This document shows positions 1 to 14,452 of a stretch of 64,000 bases of DNA, in pieces. Position 1 is the first letter of the stretch; every line of letters starts with the position of its first letter. The position numbers were made by a program, and so were the translations under genes. The stretch is from Batkoa obscura (taxonomy: Eukaryota). The notes beneath the pieces were generated by a model, which was not told the origin of the DNA, did not search any database, and saw only the letters and a program-made list of their open reading frames with translations. Where the stretch lies: NCBI GenBank assembly GCA_030770535.1, contig JASVEC010000001.1, forward strand, positions 2,294,001 through 2,358,000, read 5' to 3'.

Positions 1-597
1 GATCAACAAAATTCCGATTTGTTAAAAGGAATTGCAGAGGTTGTTGACAAAAGTCTTAAAAGATACTTCCCTGAAGGAGGGCTAGAGCTTATCTCTGAGC
101 CAGGACGTTACTTTGTTACTACTGCTTTTGTAATTGCCTGCAATGTTACTTCTCGTCGTGTTGTTCCACGTGATGCTTCTTCTGATGATGAGGGACCAAA
201 AGGGTTTGAAAACTCAAAAATAAGTGTTGCAGATCATCCCTCTTATATGTACTATATAAACGATGGTGTTTATGGTAGTTTCAATTGTATCATGTTTGAT
301 CACCAAGTGATCTATCCAAAAGTGCTTATGAAGTCTGGTATCTTTTTCCAAGATTTCCCTGAACTTGAACATGCTTATAATTTTGAAAGTAGTATCTGGG
401 GCCCAACTTGTGATAGTTTAGACGTAATTAATAAAAACTGTCTTTTACCTGAGCTTGATGTCAACGATTGGATCTATTGTGATAATATGGGTGCTTATAC
501 TAGTTGTGCTGCTTCTGAGTTTAACGGATATGCAAAAACTCGTATTGTTTACACTTTTACCGAACGTGATGCTTATTTACGTCGTTTAGGACTTTAA
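1..597 (+). CDS. SPE1: Ornithine decarboxylase, C-terminal part (5' end outside window)
   Basis: Motifs ISEPGRYFV, YYINDGVYGSFNC, SSIWGPTCDSLD and DNMGAYT are diagnostic of group IV PLP decarboxylases/ODC; stop TAA at 595-597. Confidence 0.93.
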   Translation, partial: DQQNSDLLKGIAEVVDKSLKRYFPEGGLELISEPGRYFVTTAFVIACNVTSRRVVPRDASSDDEGPKGFENSKISVADHPSYMYYINDGVYGSFNCIMFDHQVIYPKVLMKSGIFFQDFPELEHAYNFESSIWGPTCDSLDVINKNCLLPELDVNDWIYCDNMGAYTSCAASEFNGYAKTRIVYTFTERDAYLRRLGL

Positions 598-1160
598 ATT
601 TTTGAAATAAAATCTTAGCAAGTATTAGTTTTCTGTTAGTTTTATTAATAAGTTAAATTATCAATTGAGTGAATTTTCAGATTATGATATCATGAGTTTG
701 ATTGTATAATAGATTATCTTGCATTTTAATCTAATTCAATCAGTTTTAAAGTTCATCTAATATTATACTGAAATGAAATCTCATGCTTTAAAAACATCAT
801 TGCTTATCAGATAAAATTGTATTTTAGTTTATAATATAAGTCTGGATTCAGCATTATTCAAAGTAATAGTAAAAAATTAAACACATCCGCAATGATATAA
901 TCAGTCGGAGCTTTTAAATCCTATAATAATTAAATTAAGACACCCATTATTAAATACATAGGCACAGCTGAAAACATTTTATTAAATAAATGAAATAATG
1001 CCAAAAAATTAATTTCAAATCAAGCAACTTTGATGATTGGAGTTGAGAGAGCTCACTACTTCAATAACCAATCAAATAGGGAAGTGACTTCATCAAGTCA
1101 GAAATGAAAAAGCGCGACTCTTTTAAATCGCGTCTTTTTTCTGTTGAATTAAGATCAGGA

Positions 1161-4122
1161 ATGAATTGGGACAAAGAGAAAACAACACAAGTAATACAAT
1201 CAACACAAGCAAATGATCTTTTAGTCAAAAGAATGGCAGGACCAAGTAGCGCAAAAGCGGGGTTAAATGTGATTGACAGAGACGCGATTAATAAAAAAAT
1301 TTATGAGATATCGAAAGTAAATTGACTTTTTTTTAAAATTGAAATTTTCAAAATTTATGAGTGATAGGGAAGTAGATATTTTGAGAATGAAAAAAGAAAA
1401 GAAGAAAAATTAAAGAAAAAAGTAGAAGATATGATGGAGGTTTATAAAAATTTAAACTTTAATGAGTTTAATATCTACTTGCCTTTTTTAAATAAGTTAG
1501 AAGCTGAATTGGAGAATGATAGAGATTTGTCCCAAAATATTATTCATGTTGATATGGATGGTATTATTTAATGTTAAAATGCAGAACATATCTAATGATT
1601 TAGCTTTCTATGCTGCCGTTGAAGAGCTTGACAACCCAAAACTAAGAGGTGTTCCTACCGCTGTTGGTGTAAGTTTGGCTTTAATAAGTTAATAGCAACG
1701 CTAATAGTAAAAAAATAGGGACCTAATATGTTATGTACAGCGAATTGTAATTCCAAATAGTTTTTTTATGTTGGCATATTAAAATAAAATTTAGATGAAG
1801 CAAGGTATATTGATTAGTACAAAATGAATCACAACTTAATAGTTTCAACAAAAGGAAATATGGTGTAAGGTCAGCTATGCCTGGGTTTATTGCAAAGGTA
1901 AACTATTTGAGATAATATTTATTCAGTTAATTTTTTTAGGAGTTATGCCCAAGTATTTTATAGTCTAATTATTGCCAATCAATATTAACCTTTCCTAAGA
2001 GCTGAACATAGTTCCATGTAGATTTGATAGATACACGTAAATATACTTTGTTTTATTTTTGTTTCCTTATTTACTTTATAGCGAGATATCGAGACAAGTA
2101 TGTGAAATTTTTGAAGTAAGTTTGTATTAGTCATTATTCTGTCTATTAATCATTCCAAAATCAAGAGGTATGATCCTAATTACAGGTAAGATAGGGTTTA
2201 TAATGGTAAAGTCAATTGATTTATCTATTAAAATAGAGCCGTCAGTTTAGATGAAGGTACTAATTTGAGATATTAATTAATTGAACCGTGATATTCATAT
2301 TCATATTTAAGCATATTTAAATATAACGAATTATTGTAATGAAAATCAAATATCAGCATATGATGCAGTGACTAAATTAAGAGAAGAAATATTTGAGTAA
2401 ATTCATTCAATAATATTATGATTGAAACTTATAGTTTAGAAAAACGAAATTGACTGGTAATAACAAACAACCACCTTATTTTTAAACTAAAATAATTGTT
2501 AGCGAGCGCTGGGATAGCATGTAATAGGTAACATGATATCATGGTTAACAAAATTCAATTAACTATTAAAAAGCTTATTAGCAAAAGTAAGATAGAGCAT
2601 AAAATTCTTCTTATATGTTTAAATTTCACTTAGATTGCTTCCGATTATAGAAAGCCAAATGGTAGATAATTATAATTGTATAGTATATTGAAATATAATA
2701 AACTTTACTATATAGGTCAATTCATGCTTGAAAGTAGTAGAGAAGAAGTGATAAAGTTTATATCATCTTTGCCAATTAGAAAGGTTACAGGTATGTCCTT
2801 AGCTAATTTAACTCTTTCAATATTAAAAAATTGTTCAAGGTATTGGGAGAGTAACAGAACGAGTTTTAAATTCACTTGGAATCGAAAAATGTCAAGACAT
2901 TGTATTTTTTTTTAGAAACTATTATTTTGATTACTAATGACGATCCAACAGTATGAGAATCGAGCAATAGTTTATTGTCTATTCTATGAGAAAACATTTA
3001 TGTTTTTATTCAAAGCTAGTTTAGGGATAGCGAATACTAATATTGAAATGTACGTGACTATACTTTGCCATATAAGAACTGTACTGATTATTTTTTTAGT
3101 TTAGAATCAAGGAAAAGTGTAGGTATATCAAGGTAAATTAGTTCAAATATTAGTACACATTATATTTATTAGTATAATAGAACATTTGGCGAACTGAGTA
3201 ATTTAGAAGATTTGCTCAATAAATTAAAGGAATTGGCCAAATCTCTAAGTGAGGATATCGAAAAAAAGAAAATAAAAGTAAACATATATATAGCAACACT
3301 TAAATATTCATATTTTTAGGGGAAAACAGTAACTTTAACAATCAAATCAGTTGATTTTGATGTTCGAGTAAAATCCAAATCTTTTCCAAGATATTTGGCT
3401 ACTTGTGACGATTTGTTTGAAGCCGGGAAAAAGGTAAAGCATTAGTGCATATGACTCTTATTATTGCTTAATATGTTTAAGTTACTTATAAAAGAACACC
3501 CGGTTTCATTGAGGCTTCTTGGCTTGAGGTTGTCTAATTTAATATCCACAGATGAAAATGAAAATAAGAATTCGATACTGAAAGTAAGTCCTTTTGTTTT
3601 AATTAGTTTTAGTTTACATTTTGTAGTACTTGAAACCACATAAAGATAGTAAAGAAGAAATTAAAAATAATTTAGAAAGACAGTATACAGACTTAAATGA
3701 AATGATGTTACTAGATGATGAAAATGAGGTGATTTTATTATATTATTTGCACTTTTAATTTAACTTAATTTGTTTAGGACGAATTTACTTTTTTAACAGA
3801 TGGAGAGGATATGTTAGATATATCAAATGATATTGATAATGCAAACGAAATAACAGACAATTTAATGCCAGATGATTTTGTGTGCCCAATATGTCAAAAT
3901 AGTTTCAATAATATATTTACAAACCTTGTACAAATTAATGATCATATCGATATATGTTTAAAGCAACCCAAGCTTAAAGAGAACAGGGCCTCTGAAAAAA
4001 AGAAATCCAAAACTAAGGAAAACGAGTCTTCTAGAAAAAGAAAATCCAAAACTAGCAATTCCAATAATTCTAATAACTCTCAACAAGCTATCTTGAAATA
4101 TTTTACTAAGAAATTAAAATGA
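1161..4122 (+). CDS. POLK: DNA polymerase kappa (Y-family, DinB-like), ~25 exons
   Basis: Spliced exons give N-clasp KAGL...KIYEISKGSRYFENE, HVDMDAFYAAVEE, TANYEARKYGVRSAMPGFIAK, SLDEAYLNIT, ASAGIA...LAKIASDYRKPNGQF, LPIRKVTGIG and LRLLGLRLSNL. C-terminal CPIC..HID.CL (UBZ-type zinc finger) and a QQAILKYF PIP-like box. Confidence 0.93.
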
Positions 4123-4255
4123 CTATTTTTTGTTTATTACCTACAGTTATTTTATAATGTTTGTTTAATTAGAATTAAAATTTTACACCGGATTTCATAC
4201 TTAATATTTTGATTAATTTTTATTTAATATATATTCTAAAATAACTTGACTAGTC

Positions 4256-6861
4256 CTAATTTATAAACTTGTTACAGACCAGCTGATAAATTTCCTTAGT
4301 TAAAGGAGAAGGATCCAACTCTAACGCATCTTTAGCTTCATCAATAGAAGTTTTCCCATTACGATCTTTGATGTCTCCACGTATATCAGAGAAGCTTAAT
4401 AATGTCTCAACCGTGCTTAATTTTTGGTTACAAATAGCCTTGAAAAATAAACAATAAATTAGAAAAATAATAACTAATTACCATATGTAAAGCTGTACGT
4501 AAATCCGAATTATAACAATTGACATCAAGGCCAGCTTCTAAAAAGTAGCCTGCTTTGGTTGAAAGTCCCTTAGATGCCGCACTAAAAGTAATTTGAGTAT
4601 GCAAAACCAAAAAATTAGAAATGAAGATACTCAATAAAATAAGCCTTGGATTTACGTAACTCAGCACTATTAAGATGGGCTCCATCATTAAGCAATAACT
4701 GGATAATGTTTGAATGCCCATGATAAGCAGCATAATACAAAGGAGTGTGCCCAGATCGATCTAACAGGTGTAAAGCAGCACCATTTAATAGTAAAAATTT
4801 AGCAATATCATAGTGTCCTAGAGAACTTGCAATATGCTAAAATAATAAGCAACAAATCGATAGTTAAACAATTACTCGAATAACTTACTATCGGAGTTCT
4901 TCCCTCATAATCGACGCAGTTAACATTAAAACTATTAGGTCTTGACTTTAATAAATATTTTAAGCATTCTACATCGTTGACACCAGCCGCATTGCAAAGT
5001 AACACTGGGAATATCGTTTTTTCAAACTTGTTCCCTGGATTTATGACTTTGACTTTTTCATTACTGTTCATTGTATCATTAAGCTGAAGCTCTGACAATT
5101 TCTTTGCAATAAATATTAAATCAGAGCCACATTCCAAGCTATCATCCTTTTCATCAAAAATTTCCAAATTATCAATAAACAATTCCCCAGTTAGCTCTCC
5201 CCTCAAATTTTTCCTCATTAGCTCTCTTACTTTATTCGCGCTCAAATCTTTTGCAAGCAAATAACTTAATTTAGTTAATGCGCACTATAAGTTAATTATA
5301 AATAAATTTTATTGAATAAAATATTTAATACCTCTGGCGTCATATCTATCCCAGGCACAACTCCTGCATCTTTTAATCCTTTAGCTGTAGCATAAAGGTC
5401 AGCAACTGAACCTTTTCTACCTATTAATTATGAGAAAACATCTCAGTATAAAAAAAATAATTACATTGAGTACAATTCACAATAACAGTACCACGAGCGC
5501 TAGCTTCTTTTAACGCATTCAATATGTCAGCTCTATTAGGCGCATTCCCAGCTCCAAAAGTTTCTAAGACAACTCCTTGAATTGATTGTGATAAAAATGC
5601 TTTCACTGTTGCTTCCGTGATACCAGGGAACAAACGTAAAGCAGCTACATTTGGATTCATTGCTTTATGCACCTTAAACCTACCAATTGCTTTTGGTTTT
5701 AAAACTTGGTTCCAGTTGACCTCTATCAAATATTAATAGACTAAATTAAACTAAATTAAAAAAGGCCCATATGTCTTACCAATATTAACTCCAATATGTA
5801 CCAAAGGCCTTAAATTTGGGGAGTCAAAAGCTTCAAAATCAATTGCACTTACTTTAGAGCATCGATTGCCTCTGAACAATTTATTACCAAAATACAAACA
5901 AACTTCTGGGATAACAAAGTGGCCAGCCACAGTCAAGGCTCCCAATAAGTTTTCAATAGCATCGTTACGCACCTCTGATATTGGTACTTGAGATCCCGTG
6001 ATTATTACCGTTTTTCTAAAGTTGTATAAGTAAAAATGCTGGTTTTAACTGCTAAAATAAATACCCCAAGTCTTCGAGCATAAAACTCAATGCTGAAGCT
6101 GTATAGGCCATGGTATCGGTGCCTATTTAACCTATTTTAGCCCTCAAATTTTACACATATATATATTACCATGTAGTACTATAAAAGCATCATATTTCTT
6201 ATAGTTGACTTCAATATCTGTTGCTATCTTAATCCAATCTGCAGAAAGGTATAAATAGTTAATAGGGACATAGTTAAAAATCTACCTGCCATAGTCATAT
6301 TACATGAGTCCAATAGTGGATCATATTCTTTGATAGCGTATCTAATCCTCTTACCATAAAGGGATTTGGGGGTCAATAGCCACCGAAGTTTGTTTTTTGG
6401 GGTTAAGAGCGAAGCACCTTTACTTTCTGAGGAGGTAGGCGACATTGGGCTAGATAAAGAGGCAAGATTAACAAAAGAATTTACCCTTGAGCTGTTTACT
6501 GAATTGTTATTGCTAGAGTTAAACAAACCTTCTGGGTCATGAAATCGTGATTGAGAAGCCAAAGTTTCGCTTAGATAGTTGGCTTTTGGCTCGTATCCGT
6601 TATCTCTGTTATGAGTCATACCAATTGTACCTCCTGTGTAGATAACTAAGATTCTAGATACGTCTATAATGATGAGTTATTTACTATTCTTATTAAAGGG
6701 ATTGGATTACCTGGCATTAACATATCATCGATCTCAACCGCGTTCCTTTGGAACTCTACCACCTGGTTTTCAAAGATAGATTCATTATGAAGGTTCATAT
6801 CTTCAAACGTGTCGTTTGGGTTGATATCATATTTCTCTAAAACTTCGGTGTATTCAGACAT
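4256..6861 (-). CDS. L-asparaginase with C-terminal ankyrin repeats (60-kDa lysophospholipase/ASPG type), multi-exon
   Basis: [37 protein letters not shown] (spliced), [34 protein letters not shown], and ankyrin motifs DYEGRTP and DRSGHTPL; stop TAG at 4256-4258. Confidence 0.92.
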
Positions 6862-7042
6862 AATATTAGTGCTACTATTATAATTATTATTCTAATAAAT
6901 ATTAAAAATAATCATTTTTTTGAGTTCTAAATTAATTATAAATCATCGTTATTAAGCCTAACTATCATTGGTTCAACTAAAATTTAAATGAACTCAACTC
7001 AATGCCACTTATACTTTTCAATTTTGCTTGTGGCACTTCATT

Positions 7043-8665
7043 ATGATCTCTGCCTTCTTTATCTATAATCAAAAAGGAGAAGTATTGATCTCTCGTCTGT
7101 ATCGTCATGATTTAAAGTAAGCCTATTCACATGTTACTCAATATAACTTACCCTTCTTCAGACGCTCCATTGCTGACATCTTTAGAATCCAAGTAATCTC
7201 GAACAACCAGGTACGTGCACCATTCATCACCTTAGGTTCCACCTCCTTCTTTCACGTGAGACATGATAATTTGTATATCGTGGCAGTAACCAAAGCTAAT
7301 ACAAATGCAGCGATGGTGTTTGAGTTTTGTTATCGTTTTATTGCATTAGGAAGAAGTTATTTTATTAAATTTGATGAAGAAGCGGTTAAGAACAACTTTG
7401 TTTTGATTTACGAATTGTTAGACGGTACGTTGTAGCAAGCTATTATTTATTTTGGGCTAATGTAAATTTGTAGAGATCCTTGATTTTGGCTACCCACAAA
7501 ATACAGATGCCGATATCTTGAAGCTTTATATTACTACCGAAGGAGTGAAATCTGAAAAGGCAGTGGTAAGTTTGTCGGTTTTGTTTTGTTTCTAATGTTA
7601 AATAGTTATATAGAAAGAGGACTCTTCAAAGATTACAATTCAAGCAACTGGTGCCATTTCATGGCGAAGACCTGACATCAAATATAGGAAAAATGAAGCT
7701 TTTGTTGATGTGATTGAATCCGTAAATCTATCTATGAGTACTAAAGGCACAACCCTGCGCGCGGATGTTTCCGGTCAGATCCTTATGCGTGCTTACCTAT
7801 CTGGTATGCCAGAGTGTAAATTTGGACTCAATGATAAGCTTTTATTAGATAGGGATAATACAGACCGATCTGGGTAATAATATTTATTAATCATTTTAAA
7901 TCATAAATAACAAGTTTAAAGTCCTAGACGCTCAAACGCAGTTGAGATTGATGACTGTCAGTTCCATCAGTGCGTTAAGTTGGGAAAGTTTGACAGCGAC
8001 CGAACTATCAGTTTTATACCACCTGATGGTGAGTTTGAGTTAATGAAATATCGTACCACAGAGAACATCAATTTACCATTCAGAGTTCATCCAGTGGTCA
8101 ACGAGATTGGAAAGTCTCGAGTTGAGTATAAAGTATTGGTAAAAGCTAACTTTTCATCTAAGTTATATGCCAATAATGTGGTGGTTAAGATACCTACACC
8201 ACTCAATACATCGGGAAGCAGTATACGTGTTGGTGCAGGTAAGGCCAAATATGTACCTGCCGAGAATGCAATTGTTTGGAAGTAAATTTGAATAGATTGT
8301 TATAATTTTAATTAATATTTTTTAGAATTTCTCGTTTCCAGGGTCAAAATGAATACTCATTTTCAGCAGAGGTAGAACTCACTGCTACCACTGTTGACAA
8401 AACTTGGTCACGCCCTCCTATCTGTATGAACTTTCAAGTAGAATTTTAATTATCTATTAAAGGATTTTTACTAACTTTTTTATTTAGGTTCTTATGTTCA
8501 CCTCCTCTGGCCTTTTAGTTAGATTCTTGAAGGTGTTTGAAAAGTCCAACTACCAATCAGTTAAATGGGTTAGGTACCTTACCAAGGCAGGCACGTATGA
8601 AATTAAGGTAAGACAGAACCTTTTGTTTTTGCTTTAAATTATTTATTGCTTTTGTTTAGTTTTAA
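7043..8665 (+). CDS. APM4: AP-2 adaptor complex mu subunit, multi-exon
   Basis: [107 protein letters not shown]. Confidence 0.95.
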
Positions 8666-9656
8666 ATATAAGATAGTGGTTAACTTGTTCTCGTTATCAT
8701 TACTTGATAATTTTTTCGGACTTGGGCTTGGGCTTGGGCTTGGAAGCTTTTTTTAATAAATACTAAGTTAATGTTTTAGCCTTGAGGATTATTCTGAATT
8801 TTGATTGTGGATAGAGTTTTTTACTTGGTGTTCTAGTAGTCTTTTAAGGCCATTTAAATGAATGGACTAATTTCATACTATAATGATTAAAGTAAGTTTG
8901 AATTATTTATTATCTTTAAATTTCATACTACAAATACTACATTAAAGTTATAGAAATCATATTTTAATGTAAACATTATATTATCTTAAACTTTACACTA
9001 AAATGAAAGCAAAAAATCCTAACCCTATCCCACAAGCTAGAATTTACTAAGCATTATAACTTTGTTTTTCAACCAATCATAAACCTTTGATTCAATGACT
9101 GGCTTATCTAGTCAGCTAGAAGCTTTTACTCTGACTGACTTAAATTACCAGACTAGATTGAAGGAATTTCCTGATTTTTTTGAACTAATGAAGTTACCAT
9201 CTTTCTGGAATGCTTTGCTACTTTGAAAAGGTTACAGCTGGGTATAATTATTTTATTTTATTTAGCTTTATAATATTAAAATACTTTTGAACTAAATTCA
9301 ACAAAAAATATTAAATGACTTTTATAATAAAAAAGATAATGCTATCGAGCTTTTCCATCTTAAAAGGAAAATACATCTCCTTGGTATAATTAAAAACTTT
9401 TATAGGGGAGGAATATCTTTTTCATTTTCAATACTTTGTTCGTTTTTTATAGAGTATAAAACTTCGAAGGGTATTAGAAAAGCTAAAACAATCATCCCTT
9501 ATTCAAAAAACCTCATAAATCGGAACTTTGACTGCATAATTTTAATTGCAAATTTTATGCCACTGGACCTCCAAAATCTTTAAAAGTAGCACGTAAACTG
9601 AATGTTAGAAATTGATTTAAGCCACCGAAAAAACATCATCCTTTATTTTTATAACA

Positions 9657-12241
9657 ATGGAAAGCAGCACTAATAAACCAACTAAAGCGAGTGCACGAGA
9701 GAAGCTGAAAGCATTCTACAATCTAAATAAAGTACAGAATAGTGAAATTAATGAAAGTAACTTTGAATATCGACCTTATTTAAATAAACTATACACCCAA
9801 CAGGACCTGAAGGGATTAATTGAACGTGATGTTACATTACTAACCGATATCAGAGAGCTGAATTCAGATGGCAAGAATCTAGTGTATGAAAATTATAGTA
9901 AATTTATAAAAGCTAATGAGAGCATACGAAGTATGAGAGATAATTTAGATAACATGTTTCAAGAATTAAGTGTGGCGTCGGAGTGTATGGATCTAATTAA
10001 TAAAAATAATAACCAGATGGATATTGGATTAGAAGAAAGTAGGAAGGAGCTGGGAAAGTATTTGAATATCAATGATATGTTAAAAAAGTTCAAGTTCATC
10101 TTTCAGCTGCCTGCAACTTTAAGTGGATATATTGATAAAGAAATGTATTTAGAAGCGATCAACTATTATTTGTATACAAAAAAGTTGGTGGATAAATACC
10201 AGAGCATGAAACTGTTTACGGAGATTGAGAAAGAAGCGAAAAGTTTGATTAAAAAGGTAGAGGATATATTAAGGTTTAAGATAAGTAATGAGAATAATAG
10301 TATACTTGAATTAAATTATTGGTATTATTTATTGATTAAACTAAAGGATGATTACAACAGTAATGAAAAGTTGTATAATGATTTTTGCAACTTAATTTTT
10401 AAAAGGTTTTCAAAGATATTGAATCAACATCACCTTTTGCTGATTAAAGAGATCAATAAGAACAATGCGTTGGTAGAATTTTCATTCCAAATAGATTGGC
10501 TTAAAGGACTTAACAATGAGTTTTTTTTACAATTGAACGAATTTATTGAAAGCTTTCATGGCTATTATTTTCAATCTGAAAAAGAGTTGAAAGCGAATAA
10601 TGTTAAATCAACCTTTTTAGAAACAATAAATAAATTATTAGATCTTGAGTATAATAATACGGTTTTAAAGTTGATAAAGATCGATAACATTAAAATAAAG
10701 AGTAATGATTTGAACCATATTACTTCTATCTATTCTTCTATCTTAACGGATTTGGCTACGTATTCCTCATTATGTGGCAGTAAGATGAGTGAAATTAATT
10801 TATTACAAAAGATAAGACTTATGATATGCGATTTTGAACAGAAATTAATTGAGAATAAGTTTAACGCGATTCAACAAGAGTACATAAATAAAATAATGGA
10901 TATCAATATGGAGAAAGGGTATTTGAATGATATTATTGAATTACAAAGTAAGATAGTTATGATGAAGAATTGGCTATTGCAAAATATGATGGAATTATTG
11001 TCTTTTTTTAAAAGTTTTTTGGAAGTAGATATACCCTTTTGGCAATTATCAGGGACATGGGCTTTGTTTTATAGATATTTACAAACTAAGTTGAATCAAT
11101 TTTTTAAGAGTATACTAACTGAAAGTATTAAAATGAAAGATAATGAATTGTTATTATTATTAAATAGTAAGTGGTTGTTAGATTTTTATGATAATTTTGT
11201 AGCATCAATTTATACCAATTATATTACCACTTTAATAATTGAGATTAACATACCTTACTCTCATCAACCTAGTCAAGAAGAAGTGATTTTAGAGTGGGAA
11301 CAAGAATGTGAAAACGTAATGAATTTATCAAGAGCTTATAGTAGTCAGATACTTAATACATATATTAGAAGCATTGGAAATAATTTGACAAAAGATATTT
11401 TAAATTTTTACTCTAGTTATCCTTTTAACCTTTGGCCAACTATCACGCAAGTTAATTCACTTTGGCTGAGCATTACACAAATGTTTGTCTCACTAACTAA
11501 TCTTTCAGCTATTTTCCCAGCTAAAGATAATATCCGTTCTGGAAGTAATTCAATGGGTAAAAACACAATATGATATATATAATAATGTAGTTTATTTTAT
11601 CATAAATTAGATTTAGATTATAGGATGCCATCCCGTAATTCTTTACAATTAATGTCGCCTACTAAAAATAAGACTTTTACCGGTTTATTTTTAAATAAGA
11701 AGAATGAGCTACAACCTGATTTGTGGCTTAATAAAATTGATAAATTATTTTCTGATAAGATTGAGATTTATTCTAATACTGGGTTTACAGTAGATGATAT
11801 CATGATTCAGTTGGCCAAAATAACATTGAAGGTAAAAATAATCAACATACTACTACTATATTTATATCAATTATTTTATGTTGTTCATTATGTTAATATT
11901 TTATCAGGCTACTTCTGAAGCTATTAGATTGAGTGCATTCAATCAAAATGCGTTTTATCAATTACAATTAGATTTGGAATATTTTCAAAGGAAGTTACCA
12001 GTCTTTGTAAAATTGGACAAGTAATTTACTGTTTATTAAATTATATCATATAGCTTATCCTTGTATTACAGTTCCATACAATCCTTGTTTAATGAAGTCA
12101 TATCCTCTGGTTTTAAACGAGCAATTATTACAGAAAGATTGGATCCTATAGTAAGTTTAGTTGATGACAATCATAATAATGAGTACCAATTATAGCTTTT
12201 AGAAAATTGACCAAATCCTTGGACCTGAAAATCCAATTTAA
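9657..12241 (+). CDS. VPS51: Vps51/Ang2 subunit of the GARP tethering complex; long first exon plus ~4 short 3' exons
   Basis: N-terminal Vps51 signature ELNSDGKNLVYENYSKFIKANESIRSM and LKKFKFIFQLP; C-terminal EAIRLSAFNQNAFYQLQLD. The exact last exon is uncertain. Confidence 0.8.
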
Positions 12242-12956
12242 AGTTTTAAATAAAATTGTCGAATGTTATTGATTAACTTTTAGATAAGATTAAAATTTAA
12301 GATAATGCCCATCAAAAAGTTTGAAGTAATGCTTTGAAATAAAATGAAAGGTTTTGGTCGATACAGGTAGATTATTTTTTTAAAATTAGCTTTTAAATGT
12401 TTAAAGTTTCAAATCCAAACCCAAAGCTAATATAAAAAAGACTGGCCAATAGAAAAGTTGAACCTCCAACCTTTAGCTATCAAGTTGATTTTCAATCTAT
12501 CTTTATAACCTAAAATGACAAATCTATATCATATAGGAAATTTAAAAGCCTACTTAAAATTAGGTGCTTTCCAATCTCATTTTCTTGTCCATTTTTTACG
12601 TAACGTAAAACTTGAAAAATACAAACAAACGCTGGTCAAAGAAGCGCTCTAATATAACTTATTTAAAATTAAGCAGAAAACAATATCTTATAGCACTTAG
12701 TACTCAATTATCAAATTATCAATCTTTGCTAAAAAAATCAAGATTAAATAAGACTTGAACTAAGCTTTTATACCAAGTCATCTAGTAATCAATTATTGTA
12801 CTTAAAAATTGCAAGTTAATTTTTGGCTTACAACATTACAAATCATCAATGAAAAAAGATAATTTTAGCTTTCTTAGTAGAATTTTTAAATTAAATCAAA
12901 GAAAAAATATTTTACATAATATTAAAAGAATAAATTAGAATACATTCCAAAAGTCA

Positions 12957-13028
12957 TGACCAGCAGAGGAGTCGAACCTCTAACCTCTAGATCTGGAGTC
13001 CAACGCGCTACCATTGCGCCAGCTAGCC
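12957..13028 (-). tRNA. tRNA-Trp (CCA)
   Basis: Reverse complement GGCTAGCTGGCGCAATGGTAGCGCGTTGGACTCCAGATCTAGAGGTTAGAGGTTCGACTCCTCTGCTGGTCA: 72 nt, A box, anticodon loop CT-CCA-GA, T-loop GTTCGAC, paired acceptor stem. Confidence 0.95.
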
Positions 13029-13155
13029 AACTTCCCTTATGGAAATCATCTTTTCTTATAAGTTCAATTTGTTAAATATATATATGTTCTGATTCAGCAT
13101 AAAAATTCTGTTACATTGGTTAGTGACAAAGTAACTTTATAAATATGTATGTAAT

Positions 13156-13259
13156 ATATGGGTATGTATTTTCGTGTTTAAGAATTTTACTAACAAATTT
13201 TCCGCTCAAATAGTGCTTGAAAAATAGAAAGTAATGAAATAAAAAAAACATCCCCATAT
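13156..13259. mobile_element. ~105-bp MITE-like element, copy 1
   Basis: Imperfect terminal inverted repeats ATATGGGTATGTATTTT...AAAAAACATCCCCATAT; core CTCAAATAGTGCTT-AAAA-GAAAGTAATGAA shared with other copies. Confidence 0.75.
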
Positions 13260-14452
13260 ACATGTCATCAATGTCATTATACAATGTTTTTGATTATACC
13301 ATTTCATTATTAATTTTATTATAGCTATAGTTAAAAGAGTTAGCTAGCACTATTAACTATTTCAGTAATATTTATACTATAATAGTTCATTAAATATAAT
13401 TTTAACTAGTCCGAATTATTTCTTTAGCTTAGTAATGATATCTTTATTAGCTATAGTAAAAATGTTTATTTTTACTTCTTAATTAAAACATAGTCTGTTA
13501 CTTTTGAATAATAATAGTAATTAAAAATATCATTAAGATGAAGTTAATCTGAAGTTAAACATACTGCTATTGTGCTAGCTAGATGATGCTCTTTTGGCTT
13601 GTTTGAAATAGGAGAGTAAATTGTATATTGGAATATCCTGATTTAGTTTCTTTTCCTTTTTTTCCTTTTTTTCCAGTGGTATTGTGTAGAAAAATTATCA
13701 ATAAAAAATTAAACAAAAGAAACGTTCATATAAATTATTAATGTGTTTTATTATTTAAATACTAATTTCTTTATTTTACCATATTTTAAATAGTATTTGT
13801 AGACTGTTTTCAATTAATGAAAAAAAAGATTAATGTATTTATGAATCAATTTTATATTCAAAAGTTGCCAAAAATTATTATTTCCACTTATTTTTAGATA
13901 TTAAATTATTTTAATTTTGAGTTTTTAAATTTCAAACCAAACCAAAAATAAACAATGTGACAAAGCTTACTATCATTAATAAAATAAATAATGTAAAGCT
14001 ATATCTTTCTGTGAAAATAGAAATAACATGATAATAATAAAACTTAAAAGATAATATTGTTTAATGAATAAACAAAACAAAAAACATTTAAGATCTAATT
14101 TCTATAAATAATAATTGTATACATTGGACATTAGGACACAATCAACTTTAAAATAGAATATTATGATCAGATTTAGTTATTGTTGCTTTTCATGTATTCA
14201 TCCCCACTATTTACTTTTTTATTAAAAAAATCTAAAACTTACAAGATTATAATATATTCTTTACAAAAAGTCTTGATTGGCTTCATTTGAACCAATTAGA
14301 AGCGAATGTTAAGAAAACCAAAAATACCAGCTTAGTTTTTAAGTAAAAAATTAATAAACATTCTTTTTACATTTAAATATTAAATTATTAAAACTATTAA
14401 TCAAGATTAATAGCTGAATATAGTTTATATAAAATTGTATTGATTTTAAAAA

